Origin: Myxococcota bacterium
GTDB taxonomy: Bacteria; Myxococcota_C; UBA6777
Assembly: GCA_023150835.1 (NCBI GenBank)
Contig: JAKLKB010000004.1
Coordinates: forward strand, 1-64,000
Length of the DNA: 64,000 bases
Reading direction: 5' to 3'
Each line of letters starts with the position of its first letter. Position 1 is the first letter of the stretch. The notes under the pieces were generated by a model, which had not been told where the DNA came from, did no database searches, and saw only the letters and a program-made list of their open reading frames with translations. Positions 28,810 to 38,812 of this stretch are shown here, piece after piece. The position numbers and the translations under genes are program-made.

Positions 28810-31416
28810 TCAACCTTTGGCAGGAGCAGAGGCGGCTTTGGGATGGCGAGGACGCCAGAGATAGGCGATATAAGATAACGCCAAAAGATCGGTTAGCAAC
28901 TTCCACTCAAAGATCCAACGCACCCACAGCGCCGAACCAAAGAAGTTCAGCAAGAACAGCAGCGCAGGCCACACCAAGCGTCGATCCAGATGCCCCGCAT
29001 AACCGCCGATGGTCAGCGCATACAACAGCGAAGTGATCGCAAATCCCTCGCGTGCAGGAATCCCCAACAGCAGACACCCCCACGGCAACACAAACAAAGC
29101 GGTCCCTAACCCCCACAGCGACACGATGATCGAACGATTTGCTCGATTTTGTAGCATCGCTTTGCGCGAAGACAACGTCGCAACCGCCGTCCACCCAAAA
29201 AAGAGCCCTCCAAAAAGCACAAACGCCCGCGTATCAAACAAAAACAACGGCCCTTGTCGTCCAAACAAACGCCCTCCGCTCTCGCTAAACAAGAACAAAA
29301 AAGGCGAATAGATCGCTGTCAACAACAGAACCAAAAAACTGCGTAAACGCTGCCCGATCTGGATATCGTGGTCCTGCGCAAAACGCTCCAGATGTTCCCA
29401 TCGTTCGGCCTTTTCTTTGCGCTTTTGACGCAGTCTCAACAGTTCCGTCCGTAAAGCCACCGAAGGACTCTCAAGCTGCGCCATCCACATCGCCGCTGCT
29501 TGTTCGTTTTCTCGCCCGATCTCATAGCGCGCCATTGTTTCCCGAAGATCCGCCAAACCAGATTGTGCTTGTAAGTTTTTGTCCCATGCTTTCAACGCTT
29601 GTTGAAAGCCAAACTGCGCCTCCAAAAACAAGCCGTGTACCCTCATCTCATCGGGCTGTTCTTCGCTTGGCAGTGCAACGATCTCTTGCAACAACGCAAG
29701 CCCGATCTGCGCTTCATCGCACAGCACCAAAGAATGACGGTGTTGCAAAAAGTAGGATAGCGCACGGCGCAATTCTTCGACATTAAGATAGCGTTGTTTG
29801 GGATCTTTTTGTGTCGATTTTTTGCAGATCTCGATCAGTTCGCGGGGAATCTCTTTGGAAAAAGCCAACGGCTCGCAGTCATAAGCGCTCAACAACGCTG
29901 CCTCTACGCTGCCTCTTTTGTGCGGTGGCTCGCCCATCACGATCTCGTACAAGATCGCACCCAATAAAAAGATATCTGTGGCTTGGCTTAATTCGTTTGA
30001 GCGCCCCATCACCATCTCAGGAGCCATGTAAAACGGTGTCCCTACGATATCGTTTTCGGGATCTTCTCCATCAGGCAACAGCACCTTCCCCTCTTTCCAC
30101 TCGATCGCAAGTCCCCAGTCCAAGACATACACTTCACCAAAAGGACCGATCATCACATTCGCGGGCTTGAGATCGCGGTGCAAGATCCCCTTGTTGTGGG
30201 CAAAAGCCACCGCATTACACACCTGCACCAATATCCGCAGGTTCCATTCAAGATGATCGCGCCCGTCCTCCCGACGCAATGGATGCTCAGCATCATTCAT
30301 CAACTGGCTCCATGGAACGCCTTCGATCCGCTTCATCACAAAAAACGGAGACGACCGTTGATCGCAACCCAACACGTGGATCGGCACGATATTCGGATGC
30401 TCCAAACGCCCTGTTATTCGAGCTTCGCGCAACAAAGCAAGCTGGTTCTGTGTGGTCGAGCGTTCGGGCCGCAGCCGCTTGAGCGCCACTTCTCGCTGAA
30501 GCGGTACTTGCAACGCGGCTTCGACGATCGCCATCCCACCGAGCCCGATCTGTGTGCCGATCTGTAGATCGGGCGGCTCCACCCTTGGCAACGTATCATC
30601 GCGCTGCGCGATCACTACACGCGGCAAACTATCGAGCGAAACCGCTGCCTCGTCCGCTTCGGACAACCGACGCTGCAACGCACCACGCGCATTGAAACGC
30701 GCCGTTTCGACATCAAAACCGATCTCCTGCCAATGCGCCCTCAACAAACGTACGGTCTCTTCTGGCACTTTCCGCTTTCGGGCCTCGACCGTTTCAACCC
30801 TCGATACCCGCGTCTTCTCCTCACCGCTCTCAGGCCAATCCCCCACCTCATCGGTCTTTTCGGCTGTTGGTACGTCCGTATCCTTGCGCTCACTGTCCAC
30901 CCAGTCGATCACCTCGTCCGTCTTTTCGGGCGGTGACAACATCGTCTCGTCCCCTTCTTTCTCGGACTCATCCTCCAACTCATCTGCCGAGATATCCGCC
31001 GATACATCTGAGGACATATCCGCCGATACATCCGCCTTTTTAGATGGAGACAACATCGTATCGTCCACATCCTTTTCTAACCAATCCTTCGGCACATCAA
31101 CCTGTTCTATCTCAGATAACATCGTCTTATTCAGATCGTCCTCCGCCCCATCCTTCGGCACATCCGCTTTTTCTGGCGGAGACAACATCGTCTTGTTCAA
31201 GCGATTCTCTAACCAAGCCTCTGACGCATCAGCCTTTTCTGACGGAGACAACATCGTCTTGTTCAAGCTATTCTCCGACCAAACCTCTGACGTATCGGCC
31301 TTTCCTAACGGAGACAACATCGTGTCGTCGAGATCTTTCTCTGACCAAGCCTTTGTCTCGTCGGTGTCTTTCACCACTCGCGCATCTTTTTCTTGCAAAC
31401 CCCTCGTCTTATGCAC
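28810..31416 (-). CDS. Ser/Thr protein kinase with N-terminal 22-aa TMLSP repeats and C-terminal multi-TM region
   Basis: IGLGGMAIV, VALKRL, HRDLKPAN, DWG, GTPFYMAPE; several C-terminal hydrophobic segments; AAGGAG RBS before GTG. Confidence 0.92.
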   Translation of the reverse strand: MHKTRGLQEKDARVVKDTDETKAWSEKDLDDTMLSPLGKADTSEVWSENSLNKTMLSPSEKADASEAWLENRLNKTMLSPPEKADVPKDGAEDDLNKTMLSEIEQVDVPKDWLEKDVDDTMLSPSKKADVSADMSSDVSADISADELEDESEKEGDETMLSPPEKTDEVIDWVDSERKDTDVPTAEKTDEVGDWPESGEEKTRVSRVETVEARKRKVPEETVRLLRAHWQEIGFDVETARFNARGALQRRLSEADEAAVSLDSLPRVVIAQRDDTLPRVEPPDLQIGTQIGLGGMAIVEAALQVPLQREVALKRLRPERSTTQNQLALLREARITGRLEHPNIVPIHVLGCDQRSSPFFVMKRIEGVPWSQLMNDAEHPLRREDGRDHLEWNLRILVQVCNAVAFAHNKGILHRDLKPANVMIGPFGEVYVLDWGLAIEWKEGKVLLPDGEDPENDIVGTPFYMAPEMVMGRSNELSQATDIFLLGAILYEIVMGEPPHKRGSVEAALLSAYDCEPLAFSKEIPRELIEICKKSTQKDPKQRYLNVEELRRALSYFLQHRHSLVLCDEAQIGLALLQEIVALPSEEQPDEMRVHGLFLEAQFGFQQALKAWDKNLQAQSGLADLRETMARYEIGRENEQAAAMWMAQLESPSVALRTELLRLRQKRKEKAERWEHLERFAQDHDIQIGQRLRSFLVLLLTAIYSPFLFLFSESGGRLFGRQGPLFLFDTRAFVLFGGLFFGWTAVATLSSRKAMLQNRANRSIIVSLWGLGTALFVLPWGCLLLGIPAREGFAITSLLYALTIGGYAGHLDRRLVWPALLFLLNFFGSALWVRWIFEWKLLTDLLALSYIAYLWRPRHPKAASAPAKG

Positions 31417-31545
31417 CGAAGACTCCTTCCTTCTGTTCGTTCTTCATAACCCCCATAACGCTGCACCCTCAGAGAGATCAACGCTTCCTCTCTCCGCGCC
31501 TCCGCATCGGCGAAACGCCCGTCTTTCAACGCGCTTCCCCCGCGC

Positions 31546-31752
31546 TCAACGGCACAGATCGTAGCAGCGCTGTACGCACGCATATTCCATATTCCGCCAG
31601 TCTCCTTCTCCCATCTGCCGCTGCGCTTGGCATTGTTCTACACAGCGGTTGACTTGTGCCCGACACGTCGGACTCTGGTGTGTCCGTGTCGAGACGCAAC
31701 CCACCCCACTCCATGCGCACACCCAAAGAATCCACGCCCAACGTCTGCTCAT
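31546..31752 (-). CDS. Small Cys-rich putative lipoprotein
   Basis: AAGGAG RBS; signal peptide ending GVGC; Cys pattern C-x6-C-x3-C...C-x3-C-x3-C. Confidence 0.6.
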   Translation of the reverse strand: MSRRWAWILWVCAWSGVGCVSTRTHQSPTCRAQVNRCVEQCQAQRQMGEGDWRNMEYACVQRCYDLCR

Positions 31753-32103
31753 CCAACGGTCTCCTTCTTACTCCAACGGCGGTATCACCGTGCAAATAAT
31801 TGCACTTGCCCTGCGGCCAAGGTCTTCCCTGCACTTCCCTGTTTTGCTGCGCAGCCTTTCCTTTCTAAACAACGACAGCCTCCTGAGCAAGCGGCGCGTT
31901 TTTGCTCTTGCCTCGCCTTCTCCTCCGATCCGCCTTTTTCTTAAGCACTTTCTCTCTCCAGCATCGTTCGATGAAAACCACACGACCGTTCTAAAAAACA
32001 GCCCCCACAGCTTGACAGCCCAAAACAGATCCCCTAGAAAGCGCTCACGGGTGGATATCTTCCACCCAAGACGGCAGCAAGAAGCAAGCAACGAGAGGGC
32101 GCA

Positions 32104-33162
32104 ATGAGCCAACAGAAACGAGAGCGAAGCGTATGGATCGCCTATGTATCGGCACTGATCATATCGGGAGCGTGGTCAGCGTGGAGTTGTGGCGGCAAGG
32201 TCGAGCTGGGGGCCGAAGTACAGGGACAACGCCTTGATGTGGTGGATATGCACCTGCATCCCGGGGAATGGGACAATATCCCGCCCTCGACACAGACATT
32301 TCTCTCCAGCCGATTTCCTTGGCCGTTGAGTCTTATGTCGCGCCAAGTTGGAGAAAGTACCCTCAGCGCAGAAGGGATCTTGTCGCAAATGGATGCCGCA
32401 GGAGTGCGCGCTGCGATCTTGTTTGCGGTGTATGCGCCCCGAACGGTGGGGATTACCACCAACGAGTATGTGATCCAAGAGATGCGCAAGTCACCACAGC
32501 GGCTGTACGGATTGGCCAGTTTGCGCGTGGATCGCTGGAAAACCGAGAGAGAAACACAGCTCAAAGCCCTTGAAGCGGCGCTCAAAGAACCCGGCATGAT
32601 CGGCATCAAACTGGCCCACGCCCACATGCACTTTCGGATGGATGATCCCCAATACTACGGGATCTACGAGATCGCAGCCCGCTTTGAAAAACCTGTGTAT
32701 CTGCACACAGGCACCAGTCCATTTCCCGGAACCTCCCAAGAACCCGCCTACACCCACCCCGCCTATCTCGAAGACGCCATCAAAAAACATCCGAAAGCGA
32801 TCTTTATTCTCGGACATCTTGGCTACGACTTTGTGAACACAAAGACCGGTGCGTTGGACGAATGTATTCGACTCGCCAAAGCCTACCCCAACGTCTACCT
32901 TGAACCAAGCGCCTTTGGCAGCGCAGGTTCCGATCCAACAGGGGCCAATCTCCCCGACGCCATGAAGAAGATGCGCGACGCAGGGGTTGTCGATCGGATT
33001 ATCTACGGCAGCGATGGACCCCAAAGCCCGGGATTTGTACGCAACTATCTCCAACGCACCCTCAAGGCCATGCAAACCAACAACTACACGCTCGAAGAGA
33101 TACGACAAGTTCTCTCCGAAAACTTCGCACGTGTGTTCAAACTGCCTGCGAGTCAGCCATGA
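32104..33162 (+). CDS. Amidohydrolase-2 family metal-dependent hydrolase, putative lipoprotein
   Basis: DMHLH, GIKL, YLHTG, ILGHLG, YGSDGP motifs; N-terminal AWSC lipobox-like sequence. Confidence 0.88.
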   Translation: MSQQKRERSVWIAYVSALIISGAWSAWSCGGKVELGAEVQGQRLDVVDMHLHPGEWDNIPPSTQTFLSSRFPWPLSLMSRQVGESTLSAEGILSQMDAAGVRAAILFAVYAPRTVGITTNEYVIQEMRKSPQRLYGLASLRVDRWKTERETQLKALEAALKEPGMIGIKLAHAHMHFRMDDPQYYGIYEIAARFEKPVYLHTGTSPFPGTSQEPAYTHPAYLEDAIKKHPKAIFILGHLGYDFVNTKTGALDECIRLAKAYPNVYLEPSAFGSAGSDPTGANLPDAMKKMRDAGVVDRIIYGSDGPQSPGFVRNYLQRTLKAMQTNNYTLEEIRQVLSENFARVFKLPASQP

Positions 33163-34181
33163 CGCGGATATTTTTAGGGCTTGTTGATTTGGGAATGTTT
33201 CGTGGGGCTTTGCCCCACACCCCACAAGGGACCAAAGGCCCCTTGACCCCGTGTCGGCGGGACGAACACAGGTTTTTCAAACAAACGTCTGCTCCGCTTG
33301 AGTGGACCCGAACATGGGGGGGTTTCGTCGCAAGTGTTGCTTCTGTGTGTTTTTACGTTTTCTCTGCGCTGTCTTGGGCAGGGATCTTTTGGTTGTGCTC
33401 GCCCATCGGGTCGCTCTCGGCAGAGTCGCGAAACCCGCCCGCCTTGCGTCCCCATGCTTCGTCTGCTCCGATGCTTCCCCCTACACGGGCCGAACGGACG
33501 GCATCCACCTCATCCACCTCATCCACCTCATCCACCGCTTCCACCGCTTCCACCACACGAACGGCCCCCACCGCGTCGAACGTCTCCGAAGATCTTCGAT
33601 GGGCCGAAAGTGCTGTGTTGGATATCCAAGGAGGGGGCGCAAGGCCGGGTGCATTCGCTTTTTCGCTGCAAGGCGGCTTTCCTTGGCAAGCGCTTCAAGC
33701 CCAAGTGGGTATGGTGGGTCGCCTGAGCGGGATCTTGCTGTATGAAAGTGCGCTGCTTGCGCGCCACCAGATCAGCGCAGGTTTGGGTCTGCGTTATGTC
33801 GATCTTCCCGGCTTTCGGCTTAGTGGGGAGGTGTTTTTGGGGGCGATCGTGCAGACGGGTTCGATCGCTTACAACGCGCCAAGCGGAGAGTTGCGCTTGC
33901 GGATGTCTTGGCGATGGGGACGATTTTTCCCCTATCTTTGGGTCGGGAGTCGCCACGCATTGTTGTTTCAAAGCCGCTCGATCGACAGCAGCCAAGGGCC
34001 AAGACAAGAGATCAGCGTCTCGCATCGATGGAGTCCGATGGCCTCTTTGGGGGTTGCTTATGCGTGGAGTCCTCGGTGGGCGCTGCGGATCGGCGTGGAT
34101 TGGGGATGGGTGGATATGCAATCGATCCCGATCCCGGGGGCGCATCTGGCCTTGATCTATGGATTCGGAGGTGCGCGTTGA
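33159..34181 (+). CDS. Hypothetical outer-membrane protein (true start may lie downstream of the repeat)
   Basis: ATGA overlap with the upstream stop; Ser/Thr-rich linker followed by amphipathic beta strands. Confidence 0.65.
   Translation: MTRIFLGLVDLGMFRGALPHTPQGTKGPLTPCRRDEHRFFKQTSAPLEWTRTWGGFVASVASVCFYVFSALSWAGIFWLCSPIGSLSAESRNPPALRPHASSAPMLPPTRAERTASTSSTSSTSSTASTASTTRTAPTASNVSEDLRWAESAVLDIQGGGARPGAFAFSLQGGFPWQALQAQVGMVGRLSGILLYESALLARHQISAGLGLRYVDLPGFRLSGEVFLGAIVQTGSIAYNAPSGELRLRMSWRWGRFFPYLWVGSRHALLFQSRSIDSSQGPRQEISVSHRWSPMASLGVAYAWSPRWALRIGVDWGWVDMQSIPIPGAHLALIYGFGGAR
33200..33325 (+). repeat. Family B element copy inside the 5' part of ORF 33159-34181
   Basis: GGGGCTTTGCCCCACACCCCACAAGGGACCAAAGGCCCCTTGACCCCGTGTCGGCG...TTTTTCAAAC...CGCTTGA. 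Confidence 0.7.
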
Positions 34182-34636
34182 AACGCTCGTATCTGTCGGG
34201 ATGGTGGTTGTGTTGGGCGGTTTGGTGTTTTGGATGGTTGGGCGCTTGCGAAAATGTCCCTGTGTACGAAGTCGAACTCTCGGGCGAGATCACCACACCA
34301 CAAGGCCCGATCACAAAAGGCACCCTCCATGTCCGTGTGTATCATGCCGAAAGCGGCCAAGGTATCCTCGCTCACCCGCTCGGTGGGCCGATCACCACGT
34401 GGACGTTTCAAAACAAAGGCTCCTTTACCGAGCGCGTGGGCGTCCCCACCCAACAAGGCCGAGGACTCGTCGTCTACGCTTGGCTCGATCAAGACGAAGA
34501 CAACACCCTTTGCGCAACAGGAAGATCCTCCGAACCTTCCGGCATCTTCGAACTCAAAGACTTCCCCAAACACCAGATATCCTTCAAACTCCTGCTCTCC
34601 GCGCTCTGCGCCGGCCCCGAAGCCCTCTATCCCTAA
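34178..34636 (+). CDS. Hypothetical lipoprotein
   Basis: GGAGGT RBS, TTG start overlapping the upstream TGA, lipobox LGAC, YAWLDQDED motif. Confidence 0.7.
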   Translation: MKRSYLSGWWLCWAVWCFGWLGACENVPVYEVELSGEITTPQGPITKGTLHVRVYHAESGQGILAHPLGGPITTWTFQNKGSFTERVGVPTQQGRGLVVYAWLDQDEDNTLCATGRSSEPSGIFELKDFPKHQISFKLLLSALCAGPEALYP

Positions 34637-34659
34637 CCCCCAAACACCGGTACCGCTTG

Positions 34660-34929
34660 CGGGATGGTTTTTGGGGGGTGCCACACCACACCCCGCGAGG
34701 GAACGTTGTCCCCTTGACCCCGACTTGGCGGAACGATCAGAGGTTTTTCAAACAAGCGACTCTGCCGCTTGAAGGGCTGCGAACACGGCTTTTTTTGTCA
34801 ACCGCGTCATACGATATCCAAGAGAAGTGTGCGAAGGGTAGATGTGATCCGCTGTAGACGCCCTATAATTGGGCAGCCACAGGGGGCTGCCCCTACATCG
34901 TTCGATCATAGAACAGGTGGATTTCGTAT
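34660..34929 (+). repeat. Adjacent family B (about 34660-34808) and family A (34809-34929) elements
   Basis: B core CCCCTTGACCCCG...GCGAACACGGCTTTTTTTGTCAACCGCGT directly abuts an A copy bounded by ATACGATATCCA / TGGATTTCGTAT. Confidence 0.8.
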
Positions 34930-34957
34930 CATTCTTACAAACATTCGAGGATATCCG

Positions 34958-36433
34958 ATGTACCGTTTCCAAGTGTTTGTCTTTTCCTTGGTTGCTTGTC
35001 TTGCTTTTTGTACGCGATTGTCCGCTGAATCCGAACCTTCCGCATCTGCACGAGCGGCCTATCTTCGCTGGCAACGGCTGCTCCAACAAGCCGCGAACTC
35101 CCCGAGCGGCACACCCACTCCATCCAATGATACCGCCCGAACCATCGCCGTCTCGGAGATGCAAGCTGCATCCGATATCCCTGCACGTTGGTGGCTGGCG
35201 ATCTTTCGCGACCCGTCCTACCCTTTGCGCCAGATCGCACAACAAACACTCCGTATCTACGGCCTTCGCGCTCTTCCTGCCTTGCAAAGCGCCCTACAAG
35301 ATCCACATCCTCGCGTCCGCCTCGAAGCAGCCAAGCGGCTCGGAGAGATCGGCCTCCAAGCCCGCGCAGCCATCAGCTCTTTCTCGTTGCACAAAGAGCG
35401 CGAACCCGGTGTGCGCGTTGCCATCCTCGAATCCATCGGCAAGATCGCTCCGCAAGATGCCGTTGAGACCCTTGCGCAAGGCTTGGCCGATCCCTATCCA
35501 CGCGCTCGCCTCGCGGCTGCCGCCTCTTTCGGCAAGATCACGCCGGCCTCTCACGCGCTTCCCCACCTTGAAGCATTGTTGCGAGCCTGTCGCGATCCAC
35601 ACCCCGATACGCGCTTTGCTGCCGCCCAAAGCATCGGACTGTTGCGCCTCTCTCCCTCACAAAGTCTGCCGCACCTGCTCGCTTTGCTTCGCGATCCACA
35701 ATGGCGTATCCAAGCCCAAGCCATCGAAGCCATCGGTGCGTATGGCTCTTTCGCAACATCCGCGATCCGCCCCCTGCTCGACCGACTCCGCAACAAAACA
35801 AGTCCATTGCGCTCCCATGCCGCCCTTGCACTCGCTCAGATCGGCCATCCCGCACGCCAAGCCCTCCCGCTGCTTGTCGAAGAACTCACCCAAGACACCA
35901 GCCTCTCCGTCGTGGTCGATCATCTGATCCAGCCGATGATGCGGCCTTTTTTGATCTTCCGCATCGGAAGCCTCGAACAGCCCTTGTTGTTGATGTTCTC
36001 CTTCACCCGCGCCGTCGCCACCTACCAACACACCGCTCTCCCACCATTGCGCAAAAGCTTCCAACGCTCCACAACACCGCCCTTGTGGCTGCTGTTTGCT
36101 GCGGGTCGCCTTGGCCCCCATGCAGCGGCCCTTTTGCCTTACCTCTTGCGCCTCCCCCACAAATCTCCCCTCGCACACCGTTATCTTCGTCTGTTGGTGA
36201 TCTCCCGCATCGCCCCCAAAGACCGAAAAACCCGCAGCCTTTTACAGCGCTCTCTGCGTGCCAACGAACCGCCCTTGCGCATGGCCGCTGCGGTTGCCCT
36301 CCGATCCATCGGATACACCGACGGCCTCGACACCATCCTCCAAGAAGACACCACCATCCGCAATGCCACCGAACGCACCCTGCGGATGATGCGCGAGCTC
36401 CACACCACCCCCTACCTTTGGCGCGATCTCTGA
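34958..36433 (+). CDS. Secreted HEAT/PBS-lyase repeat protein
   Basis: Signal peptide; repeated L.DP.P.VR..AA..LG units. Confidence 0.85.
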   Translation: MYRFQVFVFSLVACLAFCTRLSAESEPSASARAAYLRWQRLLQQAANSPSGTPTPSNDTARTIAVSEMQAASDIPARWWLAIFRDPSYPLRQIAQQTLRIYGLRALPALQSALQDPHPRVRLEAAKRLGEIGLQARAAISSFSLHKEREPGVRVAILESIGKIAPQDAVETLAQGLADPYPRARLAAAASFGKITPASHALPHLEALLRACRDPHPDTRFAAAQSIGLLRLSPSQSLPHLLALLRDPQWRIQAQAIEAIGAYGSFATSAIRPLLDRLRNKTSPLRSHAALALAQIGHPARQALPLLVEELTQDTSLSVVVDHLIQPMMRPFLIFRIGSLEQPLLLMFSFTRAVATYQHTALPPLRKSFQRSTTPPLWLLFAAGRLGPHAAALLPYLLRLPHKSPLAHRYLRLLVISRIAPKDRKTRSLLQRSLRANEPPLRMAAAVALRSIGYTDGLDTILQEDTTIRNATERTLRMMRELHTTPYLWRDL

Positions 36434-36461
36434 GCCTGTTTCGAAAAGCCTTTTTCTGGAT

Positions 36462-38723
36462 CTATTTCAATCCAAGTTCACGATAAAAGGCATCAAAATT
36501 GGGAGCCCGCCCAAGAAAGTTTTGGATCAGCGTGAGGGGTTCGTAGGTGCTTCCGGGTTCGAGGATCCATGTGCGATAGCGGCGTCCCGCGACAGGGTCG
36601 AGGTTTCCGGCCTTTTCAAAGACGGTGTACATATCTTGGGCATAGACCTTGGACCAAAGATAGCCGTAATATCCGGCAGCGTAGCCTGTGAGATGGCCAA
36701 AGCCTGCTGCGGGTCGGATGTTGGGGATGGACTTGACGGGCATAATCGACTGGATGGTTTGATGCCAAAGCGCCGCAGTATCGACGGGTGCAGGTCGTGT
36801 GTGATAAAGCATATCGATGGTGGCAAAGAATAGCTGGCGCGTCCAAAAAAGCCCGCTGATGGCGCGTTTGGAACGGATCATTTGCTCGATGGTGGAATCA
36901 GGGAGGGGCCGTCCTGTGTCGACATGCTTCGAGAGTTTCTTGAGGATGGCGGGTTCCCACACCCAGTTTTCGAGCATCTGAGAGGGGGCTTCCACAAAGT
37001 CGCGTTTGACGCTGGTCCCTGCGATGCTGTTGTAAGGGGCGCGGGTGAGCGTTTGGTGCATGATGTGGCCGAACTCATGAAAGAATGTTTCGACTTCATC
37101 GTGGCTCAACAGAGATTGCTTGCCGGGCAGAGGCTTTTGCCAGTTTCCGACCACGCTCGACACAGGAGTTTGATAGCCACCATCGGGAAGCCGACGCCCG
37201 CCCAAAAAGCCAAAGGCCGCAAAGTGCGTGTATTTTCCGGGGCGAGGGAATAGATCAAGATAAAAGTGAGAGACCAACTGACCTTTTTCGTTGTCATAGA
37301 CGGCGTATAGTCGGACATCAGGATGCCATGCACGAGCAGGTTTGATCTCGGCAAAACGGACGCCGAGCAAGGTTTCGTAGATCGAAAACACCGTCTGGAT
37401 CACATGATCCATCGGGAAATAACGGCGGATGGCTTCATGATCAACCGAATATCGGATCTTTTTGAGCTGATTTGAATAATACCGCCAATCCCAAGGCTCG
37501 ATGCGCTGGGCGGTGGGGATATCTTTTTGTTTGAGCGCAAGCAAAAGCGCGAGTTCCGCGTCCATTTTTTTGCGAAGCTGTGGGCGTAGTTGCTCAAGAA
37601 AATCGAAGACTTGCTTGGGGGTTTTGGCCATGCGTTCTTCGAGGACGTAATGAGCAAAAGTCTTGTAGCCCAAGAGACGGGCAAAACGCTGACGCAGCGC
37701 AAGCATCTGTTCAAGGATCTTGGTGTTGGCTTCGGCTTGGAGATCGAGGCGAGCGATCATGGCGCGTTGACGGGCCGCAGGGACTTGCCCGTTTTGCATC
37801 AAGGCGAGGTAATGGGCGGTCACACGCATGGACATCTGATAACGCCCGTCTTTGCCGCGTTTCATCGTCGCAAGCAAAGCATCCGGCATGCCCTTGAGCT
37901 CGTCGCGTGTAAAAGCCACTTGGGTCTTGTCTTCGCTGAGATTGGACAGAAAGCGCATACTAAGGCGCGAAAGCTGCGCGTTGATCTGAGCGGCCTGTTT
38001 ACTTTTTTCGGGAGGTAGAGCCGCGCCGTTTCGCACAAAAGCCCGTAGATGCTTGCGCATCAGCTGTCGATCGGCTTGCGAAAGCAAGGCAGGATGGGCA
38101 TACAGCGCATCGGCAGCGCGCTTGAGGACTTGGTAGAGATCTGTACGGGCAAAAAGTCGCGATTGAAAAGCGAAGTACTGTTGCAGGCAGCTTTGACAAG
38201 CCTTTCGCTGCGCAGCATCGGGCGAAGCAGATTTCAGGAGGTAGATCGGGCCGATGGCGTCTTCCATCTGGGCAAGGGCCTGTTCAAAGACCAGAAACGT
38301 GGTGTGAAAACTTTCGGTGGTTTGACGGAGGCCACGCGCAGCGAGGCGTTGCATGGCGTCTTGTGTGCGTGCGAGGGTGCGCTGGCAGAGCTCGGCGATC
38401 TGCGCAGGAGCCTGATCGTAGCGCACCGCAGGGTACGGGATCTGGGTGGGGAGAGCCGCAGGAGACTGGGCGATCTGTGCGATAGGATGGGCGGTAGGAG
38501 AGATCGTGCGTGGTTTTTCAGGAGAGGCGGTAGGAGAGGTCGTGCGTGGTTTTTCAGGAGAGGCGGTAGGAGAGGTCGTGCGTGGTTTTTCAGGAGAGGC
38601 GGTCGGCGTCGTGGGCCGTGTGGTGGGTGGATTCGCCACGACAGCAAGCGGAGAAAGCAACAGGGCTGTAATCAACAAGCCGATACAGCGAGAAAAAGAG
38701 CGGGGGTTGTCAAAACGGTGCAT
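36462..38723 (-). CDS. M3 family oligopeptidase (thimet oligopeptidase-like), exported
   Basis: FYLDLFPRPGKY, TFFHEFGHIMH (HExxH), DFVEAPSQMLENW, GYAAGYYGYLWS; signal peptide and 12-aa SPTASPEKPRTT repeats. Confidence 0.93.
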   Translation of the reverse strand: MHRFDNPRSFSRCIGLLITALLLSPLAVVANPPTTRPTTPTASPEKPRTTSPTASPEKPRTTSPTASPEKPRTISPTAHPIAQIAQSPAALPTQIPYPAVRYDQAPAQIAELCQRTLARTQDAMQRLAARGLRQTTESFHTTFLVFEQALAQMEDAIGPIYLLKSASPDAAQRKACQSCLQQYFAFQSRLFARTDLYQVLKRAADALYAHPALLSQADRQLMRKHLRAFVRNGAALPPEKSKQAAQINAQLSRLSMRFLSNLSEDKTQVAFTRDELKGMPDALLATMKRGKDGRYQMSMRVTAHYLALMQNGQVPAARQRAMIARLDLQAEANTKILEQMLALRQRFARLLGYKTFAHYVLEERMAKTPKQVFDFLEQLRPQLRKKMDAELALLLALKQKDIPTAQRIEPWDWRYYSNQLKKIRYSVDHEAIRRYFPMDHVIQTVFSIYETLLGVRFAEIKPARAWHPDVRLYAVYDNEKGQLVSHFYLDLFPRPGKYTHFAAFGFLGGRRLPDGGYQTPVSSVVGNWQKPLPGKQSLLSHDEVETFFHEFGHIMHQTLTRAPYNSIAGTSVKRDFVEAPSQMLENWVWEPAILKKLSKHVDTGRPLPDSTIEQMIRSKRAISGLFWTRQLFFATIDMLYHTRPAPVDTAALWHQTIQSIMPVKSIPNIRPAAGFGHLTGYAAGYYGYLWSKVYAQDMYTVFEKAGNLDPVAGRRYRTWILEPGSTYEPLTLIQNFLGRAPNFDAFYRELGLK

Positions 38724-38812
38724 CGTCGATCCTCGATAGGGTTAGGGGGGGCAACAAGCGGCCCGAGCATAACCAAGCAAGGGATCGAGAGCAACAGGGG
38801 CAGAGCTTTTTT

